Part shown: piece by piece, positions 1 to 11,863 of the stretch | How the letters are laid out: each line of letters starts with the position of its first letter | Numbering within the stretch: position 1 is the stretch's first letter | DNA from: Octopus sinensis | Lineage: Eukaryota | DNA: 64,000 nucleotides | Direction: 5' to 3' | Assembly (NCBI RefSeq): GCF_006345805.1 | Contig: NC_043000.1 | Span: 10,106,001-10,170,000 of the forward strand | Notes under the pieces: generated by a model | The model's input: only the letters and a program-made list of their open reading frames with translations | Told to the model about the DNA's origin: nothing | The model's database searches: none | Position numbers and translations under genes: made by a program

Positions 1-62
1 CATGTTTTTTCACATGATTTTATGTCTATAACATATACTGTGTTGGTTTTACTGTGATTACA

Positions 63-111
<49 letters not shown>

Positions 112-1255
112 GCGTCCGATGGTCAGGCGATCCATTTGCTGTCAACACCCGTTAAAAGGAGGGCTGGGCATGCCGTGGTTGATGATGCGCAGAACACGCG
201 CTGAGACTGCGACATCTCTGGCTCTATGTAGACGACGGTGAACAGTGTGTCGCCGTTTGTGAGGCACGCTTTCCCGCAGCTCGTCTCCATGACCGAACTG
301 CAGTCGTGGATCAAAAAGACCGAGGAAGGGCGAATGGCACCGCGAGTGTCGCGTTGCTCTCAAGCAACTCTGCCGTCCTGGGTCGACCTTAAGTGACTTC
401 AAACACAACCAAAGCATTCATAGGGGTTTAGTGGAGGGGAGGTACGACGACGAGCTCGGGGCGAACCTGGACGTCGACGAGGAGTACCTGACCCGCCTGT
501 TCGGGACGACTTTCGGGCCAGGCCCATGGACAACATTCCAGAGATCCCTGGCCTGGCAGTGCTACCGAGAAGCGCTACCCGTTCGGGATAAGCTCTACAG
601 ACACGGCTCGAGAAACCGGGGCCGACCTGCCCGAGATGCGGTCAGAGCGACGAAACCGTTCTGCACGCACTCGTTCAGTGTCCAACAATTTCCGACCTGT
701 GGGCTTATGTCGAACAACTGCTGTCACTGTGTTGGGACGAGTCGGTTTATCAGCTGAGTCTATCGTCAATATTGTCACGCCTCCTTCCTCAAACGGGAAG
801 GAAGAGCTATTTTCATCATCCTTGTGGCTATGGCGAAAGAAGTATCTGGTGGACGCGTCTGAAAGGATTGGAGACAAACACTTTCCTCTCTGGTCAATCT
901 CTCATCAACTTCTTCAAGTACCACTTGAAAGGAAAGTGAGAGTAGAGGGGCAAGTTTTGTCTAGCGAATGTTTTAAAAAAAAGATGGGTGAATGTAGCAA
1001 GAATGGCACGTTAGAAAGACGAAGCCACCTTGAGCATAGTCCTATGAACCAGAAATCGAAAACAGAGAGTTGCTTATTTGCAAAAAAAAAAAAAAAAAAA
1101 AAAAAGAAATATAAAATGTGACTTCATTGACCGAGGTTACCGTGGTCTTTTCCGTAGGCTTTTCTTTCCACGGTTAAACCTCACCGTCCTCCCCTTTTCA
1201 CTTCATATTGACATTCTGTGATAACGATCCCTATTGATCAATTTTTTTTTCCTCT

Positions 1256-1286
<31 letters not shown>

Positions 1287-1450
1287 CCCCCCCCCTTTTT
1301 TTTGTCCTCTTTCTCTCCTTTTACGATCCCTTTTGATCGAAACTCCCCTTTCCTTTTTTTTTTTTTTTTTTTTTTTTAAACCTTCAAAAGAAAAGCTCTA
1401 CCTTGTAATTTGTTCTATCTGTGTGCAGCCCTGTGTGGCTAATAAAGAAA
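112..1450 (+). mobile_element. 5'-truncated Tx1/L1-clade non-LTR retrotransposon (ORF2 C-terminus plus 3' UTR), frameshifted
   Basis: Translation across frameshifts gives PLKGGLGMPWL, RSLAWQCYREALPVRDKLYRHG and the CCHC finger PTCPRCGQSDETVLHALVQCP typical of L1/Tx1 ORF2 C-termini; 3' end gtggctaataaagaaa; flanked on both sides by acata(tcta)n. Confidence 0.85.
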
Positions 1451-1452
1451 CA

Positions 1453-1527
<75 letters not shown>

Positions 1528-1954
1528 TCCATCTTATCATCTCTCTCTCAGTCACTCTCTCTCTCTATTCTCTATATACACATACAGACACACACACACA
1601 CATGTACGTATAATGTTCTTTTGTCTCGTGAATCGAGTTTCAAACCACTGCGATCGTCAGGCGAAACATGCCTGCAAATCTGAGTATATGTTCTTCAACG
1701 TCCAATTTGTTTATCGGCTCGCTGGGATTCTTCAGTCTCCAGAGGGCTGTGTATTTGTACGTTGCTTACGGTAGGCGGAATGAGACTGGAGTGCTCAATA
1801 CATGTTGTAAAGGATATGATTTTTCATATTTGAACTAGAGCTGAGACTCGCCTCACGACTCGAGTTTTCCTGCCAATGTGAGCTTCAGGAGAAACTACAT
1901 ACACACACACACACGAATATCTATCTATCCATCCATCCATCCATCCATCCATCC

Positions 1955-2023
<69 letters not shown>

Positions 2024-2050
2024 CCAATCTATCTATCTATCTATCTACCA

Positions 2051-2127
<77 letters not shown>

Positions 2128-2151
2128 CCAATCTATCTCTCTCTCTCTCTC

Positions 2152-2212
<61 letters not shown>
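1451..2212. repeat. Compound microsatellite field: (TATC)n, (CATC)n, (TC)n, (CA)n, (TA)n with a unique spacer at about 1610-1895
   Basis: Directly visible tandem repeats. Confidence 0.95.
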
Positions 2213-2216
<4 letters not shown>

Positions 2217-2764
2217 CTGCTTTATTTGCTTTGGTAGAAAGATAACAATTGCAGCGTGGAAGGTGTTTATAAGCCATTTACAAAACACACAAAATCCGTT
2301 AGATGCACTTCAACATTTAAATTTAATTTGTCAAAATATTTTCGTCGCTTTAAGACCGTGACCTGTTTTTTTTTTTTTAATCATTGTAAATAAATAAATA
2401 AATGCATTGGAAGTTGAAAGCTCAAAACAAATTCTTTTGAATTTTCAACTGCCAATCCATTTGTTTATTTGTAATGCCTTTTTTTTTCTAAAAAAAAAGT
2501 CATCTTTCTACAATATGCGGATAAATTTGAAATTACATCCATTTATTCTCAATTTTCTTCTTTTTCCCCCTCAATATTAAAAAATTCAGTAATCCTAAAC
2601 ATATACCAATAACTTTACCATTATATGATACGGATTGAACCAGTGGAATACGTTGGATTATATAATCCCTAATGAGGACTTAACTTCCTCGGATTAACTA
2701 TATATATATATATATACACACACCCATATACACACATACATACATATATATATACATTCGCCAT

Positions 2765-2955
2765 GATAGATCTGTAGCCACTACACACATTTTTTCTCTC
2801 TGCTTCTTTCTCTCCTTGTTTCTGTCTCCTTTCTGGGGAAGAGCGTAGGCTCGAAACGTTAAAGACTTTTTCAATTCCCGAGCGTTATACTAATACATCT
2901 GTTTGTTTTCTGCACCACTTGTCTTCGTCTTTTGTTTTTTTGTGAATTCTCCCCT
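2765..2955 (+). mobile_element. Penelope-like terminal repeat, family B, with variant hammerhead-like motif at 2829-2864
   Basis: Same sequence at 26090-26300 (-), 52881-53012 (+) and partially 3608-3690 (-); ends in ctccc next to (TA)n; motif CTG-N-N-GA-A-GAGC-gtag-GCTC-GAAAC-GTH. Confidence 0.6.
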
Positions 2956-2983
2956 CGTATATATATATATGTGTATATTTATG

Positions 2984-3046
<63 letters not shown>

Positions 3047-3572
3047 TATTCGCATTGCAATGCCATATCACATTTGCGTAGACATGATACATTTGCAATG
3101 CAGCAAACATACCTTACAATTTTCAGATATTGTTGTAAGTGAAAGCGCAGTTAGGTTTATAACATTGATATGTTTCATGGCTAGCGGACAGTAAATAATA
3201 TCGATGTTATATTCGGAAGGATTTTTGAAACAAGATTCAATATACTTTCAGTTAATTCATGATACAATTATTGACTGTGCTTTGAAATGCAGACATGTTT
3301 GAAAATCATGGTGCATTGTTCTACATGCATACGTGCACAGAAACTCATCTTGAATGTGTCAGCAGAAATAACAGAAATAACAGCAATATATATATGTATA
3401 TATATATGTGTGTGTGTGTGTTTTGTGTGTATGTGTTTATGCTTGTATGTGTATGTATGTGAATGTGTGTGCTGTCTGTATATGTCTGTCTGTATGTATG
3501 TATGTATGTATGTATATATGTATGTATATATATATATATATATATATATGCATATGTGTATGCATATGTGTA

Positions 3573-3611
<39 letters not shown>

Positions 3612-3698
3612 GAAGCTTTATGAAAATAGAAAAAGACGAAGGTAGGTGGAAAACAAACAAACAATTGTATTAGTATGGCGCTCAGGAATATATATATA

Positions 3699-3831
<133 letters not shown>

Positions 3832-3840
3832 CACAGAGAA

Positions 3841-4070
3841 GGCGGCGAGCTGGCAGAAACGTTAGCACGCCGGGCGAAATTCGTAGCTGTATTTCGTCTG
3901 TCGTTGCGTTCCGAGTTCAAATTCCGCCGAGGTCGACTTTGCCTTTCATCCTTTCGGGGTCGATAAATTAAGTACCAGTTACGCACTGGGATCGATGTAA
4001 TCGACTTAAATCCTTTGTCTGTCCTTGTTTGTCCCCTTGTGTTTAGCCCCTTGTGGGTAGTAGAAATATA
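3841..4070 (+). mobile_element. tRNA-derived SINE family M, long-tail type, monomer
   Basis: Head ggcggcgagctggcagaaacgttagcacg (A-box-like), B-box-like gagttcaaattcc, central gcctttcatcctttcggggtcgataaattaagtacc, tail ccttgtttgtccccttgtgtttagccccttgtgggtagtagaaata. Confidence 0.9.
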
Positions 4071-4071
4071 T

Positions 4072-4105
<34 letters not shown>

Positions 4106-5159
4106 TTCTTTGTTCTGTAGGCACAATGCGTTGAAATTTGGTGGGGTGGGAGATGGTAATAATCGATTACATAGATCTCAGTGCTCGGCTTGTATTTATT
4201 CTATCGAACAGAATGAAAACAAAGTCGATCTGGGGTCGACTTACTCTACTAAAGGCGGTGCTCCAGCATGGCCACAGCCAAATGACTGAAACAAAGCTAC
4301 AGACACACACACACACATACACACACACACATATATATAGGTACAGGCGTGGCTTTGTTGTAAGAAGTTTGCTTCACAAGCACATGGTTCTAGGTTCAGT
4401 TCCACTGCGTGGTAAGTCGAATAGTAATTAGGTTGTAGGTTGGATTGCGATAGAAATACTTAAATATTCGAATTTGGTGTTATCTTGTTCAAAATTTAGT
4501 GTAAGGTTTACAATATCGCATGGGAGTATAGGAAATTTGATCAAATTCCGAAGTTAATTGATTGTAAAAGACGACTGCTGCGATCCGAAAGTAAGGATAT
4601 ACCATTAAATGCTGGTAATTATTTTATCTTATGCTCAACAGGTTCTGACACCTAACGATGTCTATGAAGAGGATTATGTAGCCAGGTGTTCGTGTTGTTG
4701 AGGTTAGTTTTTCTCATCAGGGAACAGTAGCTAAATACTGCTCATTTTATACAAACCTATATTTAAGTGAACGTATTTAACACACGGGAACATCTAGTTC
4801 CAGTTTTGAATGAAGGCTTCGCTCTCAAGACATTACTATATTCACAATAAATTGCCAATATGAATCTCGTAGTTCCGAATGTTATATTTACGGTTCAGTG
4901 ATTATTTCATTAGAAATGTCTAAAAATACCATTTAGTTTCCCTATAGAGTTTGCAATACGAAGGCCAATATTATCAATTATTAGCTAACACAAAGACAGC
5001 CAACCAATATATTTAATAACTTTGCCTCTCAAGTGGAAATAAATATCTGTTTAATGCATAGCATCTGTATTTTAGATCTCGTTTCCATTATTAGTAAAAC
5101 CTTCGTAACTTTGTATTTAGGGTAAGCAGCAGCAACAACAACAACAACAATAATAATGC

Positions 5160-5372
5160 TTTCAAATTTTGGCATAAGGCCAGCAATTTCGGGGATGGGG
5201 GGGCTAAGTCGATTACATTGACCCCAATGATCAACTGCTACCTATTTCATGAACTCCGAAAGGATGAAAGATAAAGTCGACCTCGGCAGAAGTTGAATGG
5301 AGAACGTAAAGACGGACGAAATGCTGCGAAGCATTTTGTCCGGCGTGCTAACGATTCTGGCAGCTCGCCGCC
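5160..5372 (-). mobile_element. SINE family M, short-tail type, beside (AAT)n
   Basis: Reverse complement of family M head and central domain; tail ggccttatgccaaaatttgaaagc. Confidence 0.8.
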
Positions 5373-5380
5373 TTTTGAAT

Positions 5381-5435
<55 letters not shown>

Positions 5436-5564
5436 TATAATAATAATAATAATGATAATAATAATAATAATCTAATAATAATAATAATAAATAATAATGA
5501 TAATAATAATAATAATAATAATAAATAATAATATAATGATAATAATATAATAATATAATAATAA

Positions 5565-5656
<92 letters not shown>

Positions 5657-5692
5657 TAATAATATGAACAACAACAATAATGATAATAATAA
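5381..5692. repeat. (AAT)n microsatellite
   Basis: Directly visible; source of the poly-I/poly-L ORFs in the track. Confidence 0.97.
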
Positions 5693-6199
5693 AGAGACCA
5701 AAATTAATTAAGAGCAATGATATTAGGCTAAATAAAGAATCGGGGACAAAATAATTGGACTAAACACAAACTTGCAAAATACACTGGAATTAATGAATTA
5801 GACAGAATAAAAGAAACAGTTTTTTTCGAGCTCTAGGACTCTAATTACTCGGTTTCCATGGCCTATAAGTGACCGAGATCACAACATTTTTATGAACGGG
5901 ACGCTGGCCCATTTCAGGGTTCAAGGTAAACAATCTCAATGGGAGAAGGTCTGTCGATTACACCGACCCCCCTCCCAACACTTACCCATTACTTTATTTT
6001 TTCGACCCCAAAGGTTATGAAAGTGAATGTTGACCCCAGCAGCATTTGAACTCTGGAGATAAAGAGTAGAATTAAAAGCATTTTGTCCGACGTGCTTGCG
6101 ATTTTGCCAGCTGGCCGTCTTATGAGAAATATTAGGAAGTTATATAGACCAGTAAAATCAATACTTAGACAGAGGTAAATGCGCAAAAGTAAACCTTTT

Positions 6200-7104
6200 A
6201 TATCTTTTATCTTTTATCTTTTACTGGTTTCAGCCCAGGGCTGAGGTCACGCTGGTGCACCATCTGTAGTTGGTGAAGTAGCGAGTTGGACAGAGCCGCT
6301 CTTCTTTGCGTTTCCTGTCGTGATGTGGGTTCATCTGGTATCTCAGACAGAAACCTGTCCAGACATTCCTTGAAAACTTCCACATCAACACCATATAGAT
6401 CTCTAAGGTTGCCTGGAAGGATGTTGAACAATTGTGGGACCTTGAAACCCAGACAATTGCAGTACTGTGTCCTTATTTTAGATAGAGAAGACGGGATCTT
6501 TGGTATGATGCAGTGCGGTCCAGTTCGAGGATTGGTATAGCTGTCAATTCCAAAATTGGGAGCTAAACCCTCCAAGATCTTCCAAATACATATCACCGCA
6601 TTTATCTCTTGTCTTCTCTCCAGGGAATAGAGACTCAACTTCTTTAGCCTCTCTCAGTAGCCCATCTTTTGCATCGATCGATTTTCTTTGTCTCTTAGCG
6701 CTGGATCGCTTCGAGTTCCACAGTTTGTTTCACACTCTCTGGGGACCATAGTTGGGCGCAGTAGTCCAAGCGGCTGAGAACGAAAGTCTTCCACTGGGGC
6801 AGCAGGGCTTCCCTTTTCCTGGTTCTGAATGTCCTCAGAATCCTCCCAGCTACTCGCCTACACAGTGTTGCCAACTTGGTAATATTCACATGGAATGTTG
6901 CATCATTGCTCATGTGAATCCCCAGGTCACGCACCGACTCTGACTCTGGGATCATATTATCATCTGGTCCAGTGTATTCAGATTTTATCCTAGTGTTGGA
7001 CCGATAGTGGAGTGCCTGAAATTTCATAGCATTGAACTGCATGTTATTTTTGTTAGCCCATTTGTAGATTTCGTTTAGGTCTTTCAGCAGTTTTATGATA
7101 TCCT
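6200..7104 (-). mobile_element. 5'-truncated CR1-type LINE (RT C-terminal region and 3' end)
   Basis: KWANKNNMQFNAMKFQALH, VRDLGIHMS, LSRLDYCAQLWSP, LEAIQR, LYSLERR, PQLFNILP are typical CR1/L2-group RT C-terminal motifs; ends in (ataaaag)n tail. Confidence 0.88.
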
Positions 7105-8041
7105 GAATAAAAATAACGAGAACGTGGGGGGAAAAGGAAAGCAGAAATAATTCCTAATAAAAATAGGTGGCTTGGGGATCATTAAAAGAGATGCATTCAC
7201 ACGCATAACAAACCTGCCTCCAAGACTCACAAATATTCAAGCATATTGTAAAGAGCGCTAATTGGTAGTTAAAGTATATCACGTAGAGTATTTTTCAGTG
7301 CAATCGATAATATAAAACCCCAACAAAATACTGCACATTCCCTCGTTGAATACATTCATCATGCAGTAAACCCGCGTAATTGTAATCTTGTAGCTTTTCC
7401 TTCCAACCCGTACATTGCATTATTTATTAGACTATAAACCGCTCCTAATGCACCTATCCACTTATAAATCACAAATAATCCACAAGCGAAGGATCATATG
7501 AATTTTGCGGTTGTCGAAGAGTTCTTCATCCTGCACTGAAGTATTAATGACTTTTTAAAGGCCTTTATAGCAGAGGCGGAGAATCCTTTCATATTTTAAG
7601 ACTACATTATATTACATGTAACTTAAAACGTGGCTTTATGTTTATGCCAGAAATATCGACCATTTTTTCTATTGTTGCATATATAGCGGCTATGTCAATA
7701 AGTACAATTCTCCTTCTAAGATGTGTTAGAAGCTTGGATATTTTTTATCAGTCAATTTGCGAGCGCTTTTCTTTATGTCAATATATATATTTTCTGGCCA
7801 AATGGTAAAGAAGTTTGAATCGTAGTTACGAGGACGCGAGTTCGATCTCATTGGGGGGTGGTGGTGTTTTTGACATATCTTCAGGTTTACTCAGGCTGTG
7901 TATATAAAATTGGGTTGATGGAAATTGAGTGGAAGTCAGTTAGATGGATTGTACCCATAATATCACCGTTCGACCTGCTCATATGTTCAACCTTAATTCA
8001 CATTCAACAACTTTGTTAGTTCTATTTGTTAAAGTCTTTAC

Positions 8042-8115
8042 AGATTATGTCATTGCTTCTCAAACAGTACGCCGCATTGAGTATCCAGGTGCATCGCTGA
8101 GTTTTGAAAGCGTAA
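8042..8115 (-). CDS. Possible small coding exon (YAFKTQRCTWILNAAYCLRSNDII), product unknown
   Basis: tttctaataatttcAG acceptor, ct/GTAAAG donor, one open frame; no homology recognised. Confidence 0.15.
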
Positions 8116-8476
8116 CTGAAATTATTAGAAAAATCAAAATAATGCTTGAGGGCCCTGAAAAACTCATTATTCATAATTTTCGTTATTCACAAGGATAATT
8201 AAATGTTTCTGATACAGAAACAAAGCCAAAAATTCGAGAGAGGGTGCATCTACTACACCGGTTCTAGTATTTGAATGGCACTTTTTTTTATCCACTCCAA
8301 AAAGATGGAAAGAAAAGAAAAGTTGACCTCTGCGAGATTTTGAACTCAGGAAATGAAGAACTGGAAGACATACCGCAGAGAATTTCTCCCGATGCCTGAA
8401 CGATCCTGGCAGCGCGCCACATTGTACGGAAGTTAAAAATTTAGAAAAAAATATTTAGAAAACTATTCTTCGTTAT

Positions 8477-8588
<112 letters not shown>

Positions 8589-8771
8589 CATGGAAATGCA
8601 CTGGTCTAGATATTGGAACGGCTTAAACTTCTTTGAGTTTCCAGTTTTCAGTGAAATAATTTCAGAGAAATATTTTCAGTTGTTAGTGCAACATCTAGAA
8701 ACAGTTTTTAAAAGTATGGAGTAAGTACTATTTTCCTGTACTTGTTTGTCTATAGAATAATTGATTTAGAT

Positions 8772-9432
8772 TAGTGGTTCTCAACCATTTATTGCCTATG
8801 GACCTCTTTCATTCATGTTTTACTCAAGTGGATTTAATTAGCCATTCGCTGTATTTAAAAAGTTTTCTTTCCTACTGTATTCTGTTGTGCCCGCGGAGAA
8901 TCATTTTCTTAATGTGCCTTATAATTTAACACACTCACCGGTAAAATTTCCACTTATTTCTTTTTTTTATTTTCCTAAAATGTTCGTTGCGTCTTGCAAC
9001 CTTTTCAATAGTCTTGACTCTGTCCGTTATTTACACTGCGTTCCTTTTTGTTTGTTTGTGCGCATGTGTGTGGATCAGTGTGTGTGTGCGTGCCTATGCA
9101 TGCATGCATGTACGTATGTATGTATGTATGTATGTATGTATGTATGTATGTATGTATGTATGTATGTATGTATGTGTGTGTATGTATACATGTGTGTGTG
9201 TGCATATGTATATATGTATGTGTGTGCATATGTATATATGTATGTATGTGTGCATCTGTATGTATGTATTCTGCATTCTACTGTATTAATATAAATTAAT
9301 TATTATTAATATAATTAATTATTATTAGGAATTGTATACAAAAATTAAAATATTTTGTGTATTGTTGAAGTATAAGCAATTTATTGCATATAAAATTTAA
9401 AATATTGTACGGATCCCTGTTGAAAACCATCG
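8772..9432. mobile_element. Degenerate hAT-like (Charlie-type TIR) non-autonomous element with nested repeat and microsatellites
   Basis: Left tagtggttctcaacc versus right gttgaaaaccatcg imperfect TIRs; internal 8895-9020 recurs inverted at 61555-61685. Confidence 0.35.
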
Positions 9433-9589
9433 AGTTAGATATTGGAAAATCTCAATCTTTGATTTTTCTAGATTTCCAAGGAAATAATGTCATACATATA
9501 TTTTCGGTGAAATATTTTCGGTTGTTGGTAGTGCAACATCTATAAACAGCCTTTTAGAATATGTTGTTTTAACGCTAACAAATATCAAG

Positions 9590-11335
9590 GCAGCCTTCCT
9601 GTATCATTCTGTCTGTATGAATACCATTTCCTACAATATCGCCACCCTATAATTGTTAGACACTGTCTGCGACATATGTCTATAACATCTGTTTTCTGTG
9701 TCAGTATTCTGGGAGTGAAACATCTTCCACTCAACATAGCTTCACTTTCTGTTGTGTCTGCCGATCTATTCAGGTTTGCCAAGACTTTACTTTCCTTCCA
9801 TTTCTCTTCTCCTCATCTTTTTCCTCTTCCTTGCCAAATCTTGCGTTTAATAATTGTTTCTGGCGTAGGCGCAAGGTTACAAGTTTTGTACCAGGTGGTT
9901 CATCGATTAAAATGACTTCAGTGACTGGTACTTTAAGTAATTCGCTTCAGACAGGTGTAAGGTAAAGCAGAAGTCGGTGAGATTAGTAACCTTGTGGTTT
10001 CGGGTTCAATCCTACTCCGCGACACCTTGGGCAAGTGTTAATTACTATAGTTCCGGACCGACTAATGCCAACCCACCGCCCTAATAATTATGAAGGTACA
10101 AGACCATAAAAGTTGTTTGGGTGATAGTAGGTTAAGGTGGGTGGTAAAAAGCTTGCTTTCCTATCCATGTGGTTCCGGGTTCAGTCCCAATGCGTGACAC
10201 CTCGGGTAAGTGTCTTCTACTATAACTTCGAGCCGACCGAAGCCTTGTGGGTGGATTTGGTAGACGGAAACTGAAAGAAGCCCGTCGTATGCTTATATAC
10301 AGAGTGATTCAAAAGTTTCCATACACAGGAAAAATTAAATTTTTTTATAAGAGACAGTTTATAAAATCCCCTAGATCCCCTGATCTGACCGGTTCTTTAG
10401 GGGCATTTGAAAGATAAAAAGACATAAAAGATAAAAGACATAAAATCATTTGAAGGAACGCATCACCAACTCATTTGCACACTATCACCAACTGTGCTAT
10501 GACGAGTTCACAATGAGTGGGGTAAACGTATTGCAATGTGTATTCAAAACAATGGTAACCATATAGAGCCTGTTAAATAAAAAAAAACTGTTCTTATAAA
10601 AAGATAAATTGTTCCTATGTATGGCGACTTTTGAATCACCCTGTATATGTATGTATGTATGTATGTATGTGCGTGTGTCTGTGTTCGTATTTGTCCCCCA
10701 TCAACATCCCGTAGCTTAGCGATCCCAGAACTTGACATAGGACAGAGATAGTGGTGTCTTCAGCGTTTAACAAGCCTCATATCTTTTTCTTTTTATTTGG
10801 TAGGCAGAGCCAGATGTTATTTTTAGAGTGGTGAGCGTTCTGCACTCTAAGTTGCTTCCTAGTTCTTCTATCAAATTCCTGTAGGCTTCACTTTGTCCAA
10901 TTTAGAAAAAGAGCAGAATATCTTAATACTGGCATGACTCACGAATACACAGCTTTGATAACATTTCCTCCATCTGGTTTTGTTTCGAGTACTTTCTTAA
11001 TCCTTCGGACATTTTCTCCCTCATTTCTCCTTCCATTATCTTATCGTCCTGCTGCATCCCTAGGTAGTTCTATCCCTGATAATTTCTCAGAGATCTAATG
11101 GTATCTTGTGGTAATTTTATACCATCAGAATTTAATCTTTCAGAACTTTTCATAATTAAAACTGAACAGTTCTATATCTCAAACTGCATATCAATATCCT
11201 TGTTAAAGATTCTTACTGCTTGGATCAGAGAGACGAAGTGGTTTTCATTTTTGGCGAAGTCTCAGGTCACCCATATAGAGCAGATGATATATTTTCATCC
11301 TGGTTTTGGCATGCTTTTAGGCGAACTTAGTTTTC
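9590..11335 (-). mobile_element. Decayed R4/Dong-clade LINE: RT at about 10780-11335, C-terminal remnant at about 9590-9860, interrupted by SINEs and a mariner derivative
   Basis: HLLYMGDLRL (YMDD motif), NYLGMQQDDKIMEGEMREK, KVLETKPDGGNVIKAV..VLRYSALFLNWTK..DRRTRKQL resemble R4-clade RT. Confidence 0.75.
10300..10643 (+). mobile_element. Tc1/mariner non-autonomous deletion derivative inserted into the internal microsatellite of a family C SINE
   Basis: TA-flanked TIRs cagagtgattcaaaagt / acttttgaatcaccctg; internal transposase tail remnants PPRSPDL and KRIAMCIQNNGNHIE. Confidence 0.85.
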
Positions 11336-11398
11336 TCATTATGCTGGTCAGAGTGATTAAGGTAATGGTGCTGTTGCTGTCGTTGTTGTTGCTGTTAC

Positions 11399-11470
<72 letters not shown>

Positions 11471-11602
11471 CATCATCATTATTATTATTATTGTTGTTGT
11501 TGTTGTTGTTGTTGTTATTATTATTATTATTATTATTATTGAGTGAATGAGAGAGCAGTGCATGCCATCAAAGTGACACCGAGGTAAAATATACGAAGCC
11601 CA

Positions 11603-11683
<81 letters not shown>
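11399..11683. repeat. (ATT)n microsatellites enclosing a 60-bp minus-strand 3'-end fragment (11540-11602) of the (AAT)-tailed family
   Basis: Directly visible; the fragment matches 12530-12590 and 62640-62700. Confidence 0.85.
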
Positions 11684-11863
11684 TAAGGCGGTGAGCTGGC
11701 AGAATCGTTACCGCACTGGGCCAAACGCTTAGCGGCATTTCATCTGCCTTTACGTTCTGAGTTCAAATTTTGTCGTAGTCGACTTTGCTTTTCACCCTTC
11801 CTCGATCGATAAAACACTGGAGTTGACGTAATCGAGATTTACCCTCTTCCCGAACTTGCTGGT

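Noticed and set aside
1082-1377. A24 and two T24 runs that could pair in the LINE 3' UTR
   Set aside because: Three homopolymers of exactly 24 nt suggest a base-calling or polishing effect; the lengths are unreliable.
1630-1675. CUGACGA..GAAAC-UCGA-UUC hammerhead-like string on the minus strand
   Set aside because: Stem II does not pair and stem III has a mismatch; at most a decayed remnant.
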